DNA from: an uncultured Candidatus Saccharibacteria bacterium
Lineage (GTDB): Bacteria > Patescibacteriota > Minisyncoccia > Phycocordibacterales > XYD1-FULL-46-19
DNA length: 64,000 nt
Direction: 5' to 3'
NCBI GenBank assembly: GCA_964539475.1
Contig: CAZIIR010000001.1
Coordinates: 2,869-66,868 of the forward strand
Shown here in pieces: positions 17,312 to 25,984 of this stretch. The number at the start of each line of letters is the position of its first letter. Position 1 is the stretch's first letter. The notes below the pieces were generated by a model. It saw only the letters and a program-made list of their open reading frames with translations, was not told where the DNA came from and did no database searches. A program made the position numbers and the translations under genes.

Positions 17312-17688
17312 TGGAACCGCAACACAAACCAAAACGAACACTCAACTACAAAGAAAAAGTTGCTGCTGGTCTTGTTAAGGGTGGTCTTAAAAAGTTCTCT
17401 AAAAAAGGATTGGAAAGACACAAGAAAGAACAGTTGCAGCATAATAAAAATATTAAAGATGGTCAGGTTTTCTGTGTAGCATGTGGCTCTACTAATCACT
17501 TAGAGAAACATCATCCGTTTGGAAGATCAAAACCAGATATATTTGTTTATATATGCGGAGAATATGGATGCAAAATCCACAGATGGATACATGAAAATGT
17601 TAACGAAGCATATAAATTAGGATGGATTCAGCCTCTTTACAGGGGACTTCCAAACAATCCAAACTGGCCAAAACCATGGGAGACATAA
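17311..17688 (+). CDS. HNH endonuclease
   Basis: CVACGSTNHLEKHH...CGEYGCKIHRWIHEN. Confidence 0.55.
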   Translation: MEPQHKPKRTLNYKEKVAAGLVKGGLKKFSKKGLERHKKEQLQHNKNIKDGQVFCVACGSTNHLEKHHPFGRSKPDIFVYICGEYGCKIHRWIHENVNEAYKLGWIQPLYRGLPNNPNWPKPWET

Positions 17689-17695
17689 TATAATT

Positions 17696-17920
17696 ATGGG
17701 ATATATACTATTTATAAAAAACAAAGAAACAGGTGAAATTCATTTTTTAACAAAAGATAATATTTTTGTTGCAAACCTGTCAGAAGAGTGTATAATGTCT
17801 TATTACGATGCTAACAAAAAGCATTCAAGTTTATCTAAAGTATCCTTTCAAAGCATGACAATTAAAAGTTTGATTGATCTACTGCCAAATTTGGCAGACC
17901 AAATAAAGTCACTTCTGTAA
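17696..17920 (+). CDS. hypothetical protein
   Basis: ORF track. Confidence 0.4.
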   Translation: MGYILFIKNKETGEIHFLTKDNIFVANLSEECIMSYYDANKKHSSLSKVSFQSMTIKSLIDLLPNLADQIKSLL

Positions 17921-17931
17921 TGTTAATCTTC

Positions 17932-18008
17932 ACGCCTATAGCTCAGCGGTTAGTAGCGGGGATCTCATAAATCCTAGGTCGTTGGTTCGACTCCAACTAG
18001 GCGCACCA
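17932..18008 (+). tRNA. tRNA with anticodon CAU (Met or Ile2 type), CCA encoded, A1-C72 mismatch
   Basis: The cloverleaf was folded by hand. Acceptor acgccta/taggcgc, T-arm gttgg-TTCGACT-ccaac, anticodon loop CTCATAA, 3' ACCA. Confidence 0.8.
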
Positions 18009-18010
18009 AT

Positions 18011-18028
18011 TTCCATCATGTGATGGAA
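18011..18028 (+). promoter_or_regulatory. perfect 8-bp hairpin immediately 3' of the tRNA (processing or terminator element)
   Basis: ttccatca-tg-tgatggaa. Confidence 0.35.
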
Positions 18029-18066
18029 CGTCAAAACAAAGCACAAAAACACGAAATAAATACATT

Positions 18067-19020
18067 ATGAACGCAGGGTTTAAAGCATTCAAAGAAAAAG
18101 CAAACGCAGGAGGTGGCAAATACCTTAAACCAAAAGATATAAAAGGCTCTCAAACATTCAGGATTATTCCATGGTTGTTTAAAAAAGCAATATCGCCTAT
18201 CTTGTTTTATTACGAAGGATGGGTAGAAGGAGAAACAAAGAAAGACAAACCTCACACAATCAGGTTTGAGATTAACTCTGATGGAGGTTATGATGCAGAT
18301 GAAGATATTACATGGGCAAAAGGAGATTATGGACTTCAAACTCCAAAACCTGCATTTGCTATGGTTGTTGCTGATTACGAAACAAATAGTGTTAGGGTTT
18401 TGTCAGGAACTCAGAAAACACTTATTGGACCATTATCAGAATTTCTTGATGATGAGTCTAAGTTGTTTATCAAGGACTGGAATGCTTATGAGATTATTAT
18501 TACAAAAGATGATAAGACTGATAAGTTTTCTATTACCCGTGAAAAACTAGATCAAGAAGATCGTAAATATCCAAAATGGATTATTGATGCACTTGAGGAT
18601 TTTGACTTCTCACTTGATGATTACATTCGTTGCGAGAAGACAGAAGAAGGAAAGGGAGATACTTATAAAGATGTTCTCAATGTAGTTGGTGATAAGCCTT
18701 CTCGCACCGAGAAACAGACTGAACAACCTAAAAAGAAAAAGACTGATGATGCAGAGCGTTCTCCGTCTGACAGCTTTGAAATTGTCCCTGATTGGGCTAA
18801 AGTTGTAACTCCAAATGGAGTAGTTCTTGGGCAAGCAACGGAAGAAAAACTCAAAGATATGAAATCTGTTCTTGACGGAAAAGCTAAATATGATAAGAGT
18901 CAACTTCTCTATCGCGCTATCTGCTCAGGTATTCTTGCTCACTCTAAAGAAGAAGGTGATCCAGAATTTGAACCAGAAGTAGGTGCAGATGGTTTTGCAG
19001 AAGACGACATTCCGTTTTGA
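18067..19020 (+). CDS. single-stranded DNA-binding protein-like, with the acidic C-terminal tip EDDIPF
   Basis: The C-terminus ...FAEDDIPF matches the canonical SSB protein-recruitment tip DDDIPF. The OB fold is not verified. Confidence 0.5.
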   Translation: MNAGFKAFKEKANAGGGKYLKPKDIKGSQTFRIIPWLFKKAISPILFYYEGWVEGETKKDKPHTIRFEINSDGGYDADEDITWAKGDYGLQTPKPAFAMVVADYETNSVRVLSGTQKTLIGPLSEFLDDESKLFIKDWNAYEIIITKDDKTDKFSITREKLDQEDRKYPKWIIDALEDFDFSLDDYIRCEKTEEGKGDTYKDVLNVVGDKPSRTEKQTEQPKKKKTDDAERSPSDSFEIVPDWAKVVTPNGVVLGQATEEKLKDMKSVLDGKAKYDKSQLLYRAICSGILAHSKEEGDPEFEPEVGADGFAEDDIPF

Positions 19021-19113
19021 TAAATTTATTACAAATTTTGGTTGAATCCAATTGGCCTAAACCAAACGACAAGCACAAGAAAAACAAACACGAAAAAAGA
19101 TAAAATACAAAAT

Positions 19114-20610
19114 ATGAAGACTCCAGACATCATTAAGTATAGCGACGACGAAAACGGCGACATTCTTCAACAGGACCGCAGTGAGGTTATTAAGAATATT
19201 GTTAAGCAATATAAAGTCAAACCTGTTGAGGGTAAGCCAGCGACTGAGGTTGTTAAAGACCTTTTGACTATGGCTTTCCGCGCCAAGGATGAAGACATCG
19301 AGCTTCCAGAAGATATGGAGCACTTGCAGAAAGTTGCTGACTATTGTAAGGAACTTGCAAAAGGTCATCGCGACATCTGCGACAAGGAAGCAGAAGAGGA
19401 AAAGCAAAAGAAGGCACTTAAAGCTCAACAGAAGACTCTTGAAAAAGAGGCTAAGGAAAAAGAGGATAAGCAGTATATTGAGAACGCTGCTAAATTTGAG
19501 GAAATTCTTGCTCGCAAGATCAAGGCTTCCGAGGAAAAAGTTAGCGCAAATGTTGTTGCTGCTGTTAAGGCAATCAATCTTCCTAAAACCATTTCCGTAA
19601 CTGGAAACGGTATGGGTATCGTTCTTTCTGAGAGCGCATCCAAGGATGATATTGCTACAGCTACCGCCAGCATGATGAGTGCTGCGGAAGGCAATGGTCA
19701 GATGATGGGTGCTTTGCAGTTCCTTATCGGTGACATTGTTAATGCCTCTGTGGACAAGAAGGTTTTCCGCACCAAGGGCGACGCTTGCAAAAACGTCAAA
19801 TACCTTGTTGAAGAAAAGCTTAATAAAAAGTTTAGCGCAGGAGCTATTAATGCAAACAGTCTTATGGCTGAGCGTATTCCTCCGCAGTATCGTAAGATCG
19901 GTGTTCTGCCATCCGTGTATCTCGCAGCCTCTAAGGTTGTCGCTCCACGGATCAAGGAACTTTCCGAGAAGGACGCTTCGGCACTTGTTGTTAAGTTCGA
20001 CGAAGGTCGTAATAATATGATTAGCCTGATCAATGATGGAACTATCACTTCCATCAAGGATTGTAAGGAATATGAACTCAAGCTTAAGCAGGAAGCTGGA
20101 TTGAATATTTCTCAGCCGGGCGAAGCAGGAAGACAGATTCAACGCTTCCTTCGTCGCTTGTTCTGGGCTATATGGGCTAAGCGTAACCTTGTTGATCCAG
20201 AAACTGGTATCGCTAAGTTCCATGAGCGCGATTGTGATGAGAATGCTCCTGCTGTTGAATACACAGTTGGTCAGTTGACTGACATTGAAGAAGAAGCTCT
20301 GAATAACCTTCAGAATCTCTTCCTTGTTGGTGAAGATGTTCCATCCATTATCAAAGGTTACACTGAGGTTGTGGATGAGAAAACCAAGGCGGTTGCTCAG
20401 GTTCCTAATCTTCTGGACGATCCTTTTGAAGACCCAAAACCAAAGGATAAGAAAGAGGAAGATAAGAAGGACGAGGAGAAGAAGGAAGACAAACCAAAGA
20501 GCAAGTCTAAGCCTACTCCTGAGCCAGAAGAGGAAGAAGATGAGGATGAAGATGAAGATGAAGATGAGGATGAGGATGAAGATGAAGATGAGGATGATTC
20601 CGACATCTAA
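19114..20610 (+). CDS. hypothetical protein with a long poly-(Glu/Asp) C-terminal tail (the start may be the upstream TTG at 19042)
   Basis: ORF track. Sensible composition compared with the 388-aa antisense ORF. Confidence 0.5.
   Translation: MKTPDIIKYSDDENGDILQQDRSEVIKNIVKQYKVKPVEGKPATEVVKDLLTMAFRAKDEDIELPEDMEHLQKVADYCKELAKGHRDICDKEAEEEKQKKALKAQQKTLEKEAKEKEDKQYIENAAKFEEILARKIKASEEKVSANVVAAVKAINLPKTISVTGNGMGIVLSESASKDDIATATASMMSAAEGNGQMMGALQFLIGDIVNASVDKKVFRTKGDACKNVKYLVEEKLNKKFSAGAINANSLMAERIPPQYRKIGVLPSVYLAASKVVAPRIKELSEKDASALVVKFDEGRNNMISLINDGTITSIKDCKEYELKLKQEAGLNISQPGEAGRQIQRFLRRLFWAIWAKRNLVDPETGIAKFHERDCDENAPAVEYTVGQLTDIEEEALNNLQNLFLVGEDVPSIIKGYTEVVDEKTKAVAQVPNLLDDPFEDPKPKDKKEEDKKDEEKKEDKPKSKSKPTPEPEEEEDEDEDEDEDEDEDEDEDEDDSDI
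20527..20598 (+). repeat. (GAR)n trinucleotide tandem repeat encoding an acidic tail
   Basis: gaagat/gaggat units repeated about 20 times. Confidence 0.6.
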
Positions 20611-20634
20611 TATTTAGATTAGAATAATCATCTG

Positions 20635-20670
20635 GCTACCATACAGTTCAAACCTGTATGGTAGCTTTTA
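20635..20670 (+). terminator. rho-independent terminator (12-bp stem plus a T-tract)
   Basis: gctaccatacag-ttcaaac-ctgtatggtagc followed by TTTTAAC. Confidence 0.65.
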
Positions 20671-20675
20671 ACTTT

Positions 20676-21068
20676 ATGACACTTGCGATAGACCCTGGGC
20701 CTAAACTAAGCGGATTCGTATTAATTAACGAATCAGATGACTCTATTGTAAAATTTGGTAAGATTTCATTAAAAGAAATAAAATTATTACAGTCTCAGTT
20801 TAAGATAGACAGACTGATAATTGAAATAACAGACTTTCCTATAGCAATGGCTGGAGAGTCTTTTAGAGACACCAATATAATTATTGGTCGCATTATAGAG
20901 TTCTATAAATGCGCTTGTATTCAAATAGGTCGCAATGAGGCTAAAAACCACTTTGGATTAAAAAACGACAAAGCTGTAATTGCATTCTTAAAAAGGTTTG
21001 GTATAAAACTCAAACAAGATGCATGGCAAGCATATCTAATTTACCAATACTACAAAAGCATTGGATAG
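20676..21068 (+). CDS. RuvC-like Holliday junction resolvase
   Basis: N-terminal MTLAIDPGPKLSGFVLI, as in the RuvC IDPG motif. The start is moved to the ATG downstream of the terminator. Confidence 0.55.
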   Translation: MTLAIDPGPKLSGFVLINESDDSIVKFGKISLKEIKLLQSQFKIDRLIIEITDFPIAMAGESFRDTNIIIGRIIEFYKCACIQIGRNEAKNHFGLKNDKAVIAFLKRFGIKLKQDAWQAYLIYQYYKSIG

Positions 21069-21078
21069 AAAACAAAAC

Positions 21079-21240
21079 ATGAAAGATATAAGAATAAGAA
21101 TTAGCAAAAGTGGAGAATGCTGGCTAATAATAAAAACACCAAATGGAAAAAGTGCAATGATTAGCCTTGGACAAAGAGGCGGTGAAGAAGATAATACAAT
21201 TGTAGGACAAACATTAAGAGAAGTTGCAGAAAAAGAATAA
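21079..21240 (+). CDS. small hypothetical protein (53 aa)
   Basis: Frame open from ATG to TAA, fills an intergenic gap. Confidence 0.3.
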   Translation: MKDIRIRISKSGECWLIIKTPNGKSAMISLGQRGGEEDNTIVGQTLREVAEKE

Positions 21241-22184
21241 TGAAAACACTAATACTACATCACAGCGCAGACATGGATGGCATATTATCAGGTGTAATAG
21301 CTAAATACTATTGCAGGCACACAGCCAATCCTGGTGATCATATTATTACAGCAGGAGCAGATTATGGTGACAATCTTGATAAAACATATCAAGGATGGTC
21401 ACTTGATCAGTTCGATAAAATCTATGTAATTGATTTTTCAGATGACTGGTTATTTACAAACGAAGCGATTCGTAATAAAATTATTTGGATTGATCATCAT
21501 ATTAACGCAATTGAAAAGAATTACAATGTAGCAAAATATGTGTTAGATGGAGTTGCTGCATGTAGGCTTACTCAGCAATTCTTTGCTAATGTAAATTATG
21601 CATTCCTTACCGAGTATGATTACATTGAAAGAAAAGTTAATGAACCATTGTTGGTTGCATTGATTGGAGAGCATGATATTTGGGATGAGTCATCAGTGTT
21701 TGCCAGAAAACTAAACTTTGGTATCACAAATATCAAATTTGAAGCAATTGAATTTCTTCACGAAGAAACAAGGCATGTAATAGCAGGTAAGAAAAATGAT
21801 GAGAAAAATCTTCATCAAAGCGAAAGGCTTGTAAGGATTTGTGATGTTGGTGAAGGTGTTATTAACTACATTCAAAGAACATCATCAATCCTTGGAGGTG
21901 GTATTCCAATAAATATATTCGGACACAAAGGTATTGCGTTTAATACTCATATCAGAAGTTCACTTATTCATCGACTTAAGGATGATGAGGAGTTTATGAT
22001 GGTATGGAACGATACTGGAAAACCATTAATGAAATTATCATTCTATTCAGAAGAAAAAGTGGAAGCACTTAAATTCGCAAAATACTTCGGAGGAGGAGGG
22101 CACAAGAGAGCTTGTGGATGCCAAGTCGATTTCAACACACTAACACTTATTCTTAAAAACCACTACGCAAATATCAAACCATGA
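21240..22184 (+). CDS. DHH/DHHA1 phosphoesterase (NrnA or RecJ-like)
   Basis: HHSADMDG, WIDHH and GGGGH motifs. Confidence 0.7.
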   Translation: MKTLILHHSADMDGILSGVIAKYYCRHTANPGDHIITAGADYGDNLDKTYQGWSLDQFDKIYVIDFSDDWLFTNEAIRNKIIWIDHHINAIEKNYNVAKYVLDGVAACRLTQQFFANVNYAFLTEYDYIERKVNEPLLVALIGEHDIWDESSVFARKLNFGITNIKFEAIEFLHEETRHVIAGKKNDEKNLHQSERLVRICDVGEGVINYIQRTSSILGGGIPINIFGHKGIAFNTHIRSSLIHRLKDDEEFMMVWNDTGKPLMKLSFYSEEKVEALKFAKYFGGGGHKRACGCQVDFNTLTLILKNHYANIKP

Positions 22185-22942
22185 GCGCAACATTCCTAGA
22201 ACTAAAACATCTGTCGGCAAGCACTATTAATGCATTTATTACAAACCGTCCAAAATGGTTTGCTAGTAAGTTTCTTGGGCTTGGATTTAATGGAAGTATT
22301 CATACTACCCGTGGTCATGCTGTAGAAGCTGGTATTGTTTCATGGTTGAAGCAAGGTGATATGACTCAGGCTATTAAAGATGCCATGGAGGAGTATGATA
22401 AAAAGATTGTAGGTATTGAAGACAACATTGAGTTTCGTCAAAGTGTTGGTCCTCTTGTCAAAGTTGGCATTGAAGGAACTGATGACTTTTCTGGATATGA
22501 AGAGTTCAAGACGAAGTATGGCAAGGCTAAGACACAAGAAAAAATCTCAGTTAATCTCGATGGCTGTAGTATTCCTGTCATTGGTTATCTCGACTTCTTG
22601 TATGGAAAGCGAATTATTGATAACAAGGTATCAGGAAAATCCCCATCATGTTTGAGCCAGGATTACATCTTGCAAGGTGCAATCTATAAGAAGGCTACAG
22701 GTCTTCCTGTGTCATTTATGTTCGAGATTGCTAATAAAAAACCTATTGTCAAAATCATTGAGCTTAGTGATGATGATTATAAGTTTGGTATCAATCTTGC
22801 AACCAAAGCTGCAATTGCTATCGAAAGGATTCTTGATAATCCAATTGACATGGATTTAATGAGGGCATTTATGTTCCCTGATCCTAGTGGTGGATATGGT
22901 GGAGATGAACAGAAAGAAGTTTGCAGACTACTAACTAAATAA
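22181..22942 (+). CDS. PD-(D/E)xK nuclease (RecB/Cas4/lambda-exo-like)
   Basis: GYLDF...IIDNK (D...DxK) followed by QDYILQGAIY (QxxxY). Confidence 0.55.
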   Translation: MSATFLELKHLSASTINAFITNRPKWFASKFLGLGFNGSIHTTRGHAVEAGIVSWLKQGDMTQAIKDAMEEYDKKIVGIEDNIEFRQSVGPLVKVGIEGTDDFSGYEEFKTKYGKAKTQEKISVNLDGCSIPVIGYLDFLYGKRIIDNKVSGKSPSCLSQDYILQGAIYKKATGLPVSFMFEIANKKPIVKIIELSDDDYKFGINLATKAAIAIERILDNPIDMDLMRAFMFPDPSGGYGGDEQKEVCRLLTK

Positions 22943-22945
22943 ATT

Positions 22946-23635
22946 ATGAAACTAACTAAATACGATCTTAATTGGGTTTTAAGGCATGTTCCAAAAAACC
23001 TTATTACTATAATTGAAAAGACTCCTAATATTTTTATTGCAGGAGGTTTTATTCGATCATGTGTTGCAAATGAAAAAATCAATGATATTGATCTTTTTGT
23101 ATCCTCTAAAAAAGAAGGTGCTGCTCTTGCGTTTGAGTTAAATAATCATGAAATGCACAGCATTCATGAAACAGATAATGCGTTTACAATTACAAAATAT
23201 AAACCATCAATTCAAATTATTCATAGGTGGGTTTTTGACTGTCCTGAAAAACTAATAGAATCATTTGATTTTACTATTGCAAAATCAGTTGTATTTTATA
23301 AAGACGGTCAATGGGATTCTCTTTGTGATGAATCCTTTTATCCGGACTTGGCTGCTAAAAGACTTGTTTATACTTCACCTCAAAGAGAAGAAGAGGCGGG
23401 AGGATCAATGTTAAGAGTATTAAAGTTTTATCAAAATGGATATAGGATTCCGTTAGATTCACTATCATCTGTTATAACAAGGCTTATTAGTAAAATTGAT
23501 TTTAAATCTTGTAAAAGAGACAATCCAAAAGATACTGACTTTCAATTGTCTAAAGTTATATGTGGTCTTCTTAGGTCTGTTGATCCTAATGTTGATCCAA
23601 CACACGAAGCTCATCTTCCGTCTAAAGGTGAGTAA
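22946..23635 (+). CDS. pol-beta-type nucleotidyltransferase resembling the head domain of CCA-adding enzyme or poly(A) polymerase
   Basis: IAGGFIRS...NDIDLFV (GGxxR...DxD), SFDFTIAKS (RDFTINA-like) and GSMLRVLKFYQNGYRIP (DPLRILRAxRF-like). Confidence 0.55.
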   Translation: MKLTKYDLNWVLRHVPKNLITIIEKTPNIFIAGGFIRSCVANEKINDIDLFVSSKKEGAALAFELNNHEMHSIHETDNAFTITKYKPSIQIIHRWVFDCPEKLIESFDFTIAKSVVFYKDGQWDSLCDESFYPDLAAKRLVYTSPQREEEAGGSMLRVLKFYQNGYRIPLDSLSSVITRLISKIDFKSCKRDNPKDTDFQLSKVICGLLRSVDPNVDPTHEAHLPSKGE

Positions 23636-24020
23636 AGAGCCGCCAGAGCATATAATAAATAGATTCCTGCTTAACAGACTTAATAATGTATGCACTCCTG
23701 ATAGATTCTGTTGTCAAATAAAAGATGGAAAGCTGTATGCTTATGTTGGAGGTAGTGATAAAATCATCTACAATCCAGCTACAGACACTCTTGATTTGCA
23801 ATATATTTATTACGGATACCTGCATCTTAAAAAGTCTAAGTTAAACAAGAAAATATTCAAGGATATTTTTGACATGCTTTCAAATGTCAAAATAGAAAAA
23901 ACTCCAGATCAGATTCTTAAAGAGAAATACGGAATTACATCAAAAAGAGTTAATGGAAAAATTAAAAAAGAAATAATGAAGTATGAAGCACTTAAGCCCA
24001 AAAACATTCCATCCGATTAA
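23628..24020 (+). CDS. hypothetical protein (GTG start preferred; the track gives 23496)
   Basis: No in-frame ATG downstream of the upstream gene's stop. A GTG preceded by AAAGG is in frame. Confidence 0.35.
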   Translation: MSKEPPEHIINRFLLNRLNNVCTPDRFCCQIKDGKLYAYVGGSDKIIYNPATDTLDLQYIYYGYLHLKKSKLNKKIFKDIFDMLSNVKIEKTPDQILKEKYGITSKRVNGKIKKEIMKYEALKPKNIPSD

Positions 24021-24546
24021 TAATAATATATTAGTTAAAAGGTTACAGCCAATGAGAGTTGGCAAGATTATTATTCCTGATCAGACTATTCAAAAGTCTT
24101 TCTATGCAGTAATAATTCGTGTTGGTGAAAAAGTAAAAGATACAGGACTTGTTCCTGATAAGATTATTTTTGTATGCCCAACATCAAGACACAATCAAAA
24201 GATTGATGAGTTTCATTGGATTATTAAAGAGCAAGATATTCATGCTATTCGTCATGGTGAAATTCTTAGACCATTCGGAAATAGAGTTTTCCTTAAGCGT
24301 CTTAATCAAGAAACAAAGATTGGTAGTATAATTATTCCAGACATGCACGAGACTGCCGACCAGTCCTTAATGGGAATATTTGTATTACGAGGAATTAAAA
24401 ACAATGAACCAATTGATATTCCATTAGTTGGTGGAGAGCATGTTAAAATCAATAAGTGGTCAATGGATATTGTTGAAATTGACGTTGATGGTGAGTATTT
24501 TTTATCAGTAAAAACATCACAGCTTGAATATGCTGAACATAATTAA
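23983..24546 (+). CDS. tandem double-domain GroES/Cpn10 co-chaperonin
   Basis: Two ~90-aa halves each align to GroES by eye: ILVKRLQPMRVGKIIIPD...AVIIRVGEKV and RVFLKRLNQETKIGSIIIPD...VGGEHVKI. Confidence 0.6.
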   Translation: MKHLSPKTFHPINNNILVKRLQPMRVGKIIIPDQTIQKSFYAVIIRVGEKVKDTGLVPDKIIFVCPTSRHNQKIDEFHWIIKEQDIHAIRHGEILRPFGNRVFLKRLNQETKIGSIIIPDMHETADQSLMGIFVLRGIKNNEPIDIPLVGGEHVKINKWSMDIVEIDVDGEYFLSVKTSQLEYAEHN

Positions 24547-25111
24547 ATCATTCTGTAGAGTAAGGCAGTTTCCAACTGACCTTGCTTTTTTGATTGGAGT
24601 TGAAGAGTCTTCACTTTTATATTATCTAATTCAAACATATGGCAATCTTAAGTTTGATGGCAATTATCCTAAGATATGGAAAGTAGATACTCTTTCTAAA
24701 CTTCAAGGCCGTGGATTGGTTACAATGATTGCTGATAATGTTTTTATTATCAATTACACAAAGCTGGACCAATTACTATGTCCGTCTGATTTACATATAG
24801 CTGTAATTCCAACATTTCACGATGAACGGTTTGTTGGGCTATGTGAAAAATGGCATCAGATTCTAAAAGAAAAGAATAGAACCAAAACTCTAAAGGAAAT
24901 ATATTTATTATTCAAAGGCAAAGCTCTTGAGGAATCAATAGAGGCATTGTCTAATTCAATTAACAATAGATGGGTAGGATTACACTTCAATGAATCTTCT
25001 AAAGATAATAAGACAGATAGAAGCAGCGGAAAGCCTGGGATTACAAGAGGAGGAGGAGAGCACAACAAAGGAGACGGAAAAGAATACAACACTACAAAGC
25101 GCATTGGATAA
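24524..25111 (+). CDS. hypothetical protein. It overlaps the next gene by 120 nt, and its C-terminus is low-complexity
   Basis: ORF track. Confidence 0.4.
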   Translation: MNMLNIIKSFCRVRQFPTDLAFLIGVEESSLLYYLIQTYGNLKFDGNYPKIWKVDTLSKLQGRGLVTMIADNVFIINYTKLDQLLCPSDLHIAVIPTFHDERFVGLCEKWHQILKEKNRTKTLKEIYLLFKGKALEESIEALSNSINNRWVGLHFNESSKDNKTDRSSGKPGITRGGGEHNKGDGKEYNTTKRIG

Positions 25112-25673
25112 TTTTGATTGGAAGTTCAAAACTCCAGATTCTGCTCTTAAGGAAATCAAAGCAGATGCTATAAGGTTTATAACAGACTTATACAACAAGG
25201 AGTATAAGTTTTTTACATTGTTAGGTCCGACCGAAAGAGGCAAGACTCTTTTGCTTAACGACATAATGAGGTTTATTAAAGAGAACTCATCACTGTTTAA
25301 GTTTCCTTATGCCAAAAAAACAGTAGAAGGAAGGTGTGATAAATTTATTATATATGGCACACTAAAGGAACTTGTTTCACAATGTCTTGGCAATCCAAAA
25401 AGATATGAAGAAATAAAAACATGTGGAATACTATTCATTGAAGAGTTCTATAACTTCAATGTAATCAATAACTACAATGCTATGGTTATTGAAATAGCAT
25501 TTGATATTCTCAACTCAAGGGATAAAAAAGCTGTTGTCATTGACAGTAATAAAATGATTAAAGAGATTGAGGAATTAGATGTTCGTATCTCATCAAGGCT
25601 CCATAGAAATAACTCAATTGTTATTGAGATTTCTGACAAGGTTCCAATGTATCTTAAGCGACCAAAAAAATAA
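24990..25673 (+). CDS. P-loop ATPase (DnaC/IstB-like, possible helicase loader)
   Basis: Walker A GPTERGKT, Walker B ILFIEEF. Confidence 0.5.
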   Translation: MNLLKIIRQIEAAESLGLQEEEESTTKETEKNTTLQSALDNFDWKFKTPDSALKEIKADAIRFITDLYNKEYKFFTLLGPTERGKTLLLNDIMRFIKENSSLFKFPYAKKTVEGRCDKFIIYGTLKELVSQCLGNPKRYEEIKTCGILFIEEFYNFNVINNYNAMVIEIAFDILNSRDKKAVVIDSNKMIKEIEELDVRISSRLHRNNSIVIEISDKVPMYLKRPKK

Positions 25674-25984
25674 TGGCTACTCTACTACAAGGTAATAAAA
25701 TTATTGCTTCAAAAGATTTTGATATTAAATTTCATAGTGGAATAGTAAAAATATTAGAAGGTGAGCTTTACACTATTCAAAAAGTCTTTTCATTGGGTGT
25801 TGAATTGACTGTTAATGGTGAATTAGAATCTGTTATTTTCACATTAAAAGAACTACCTCAATTATGTTGGTTTCCATTAAAGGCAATTAACTATTTCGCT
25901 GACGCAATTGAAGTTGATGTTGGTAGATTTTATGATGATCAATCATTTCATATAAACAATCGAATAAAGGGATTACTAGCATGA
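25673..25984 (+). CDS. hypothetical protein
   Basis: ORF track. Confidence 0.45.
   Translation: MATLLQGNKIIASKDFDIKFHSGIVKILEGELYTIQKVFSLGVELTVNGELESVIFTLKELPQLCWFPLKAINYFADAIEVDVGRFYDDQSFHINNRIKGLLA

Noticed and set aside
19057-20223. 388-aa - strand ORF antisense to the acidic-tail protein gene
   Set aside because: Same reasoning. It reads like an antisense artefact, and the + strand product is co-oriented with the whole early block and has a coherent acidic C-terminal tail
19289-20617. Several 90-130-aa ORFs (19289..19600, 19425..19694, 19698..20081, 19709..20020, 20324..20617, 20397..20606) inside the 19114..20610 gene
   Set aside because: These are overlapping alternative frames of one real gene. 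Poly-Arg/Lys or poly-Ser translations of the GAR repeat
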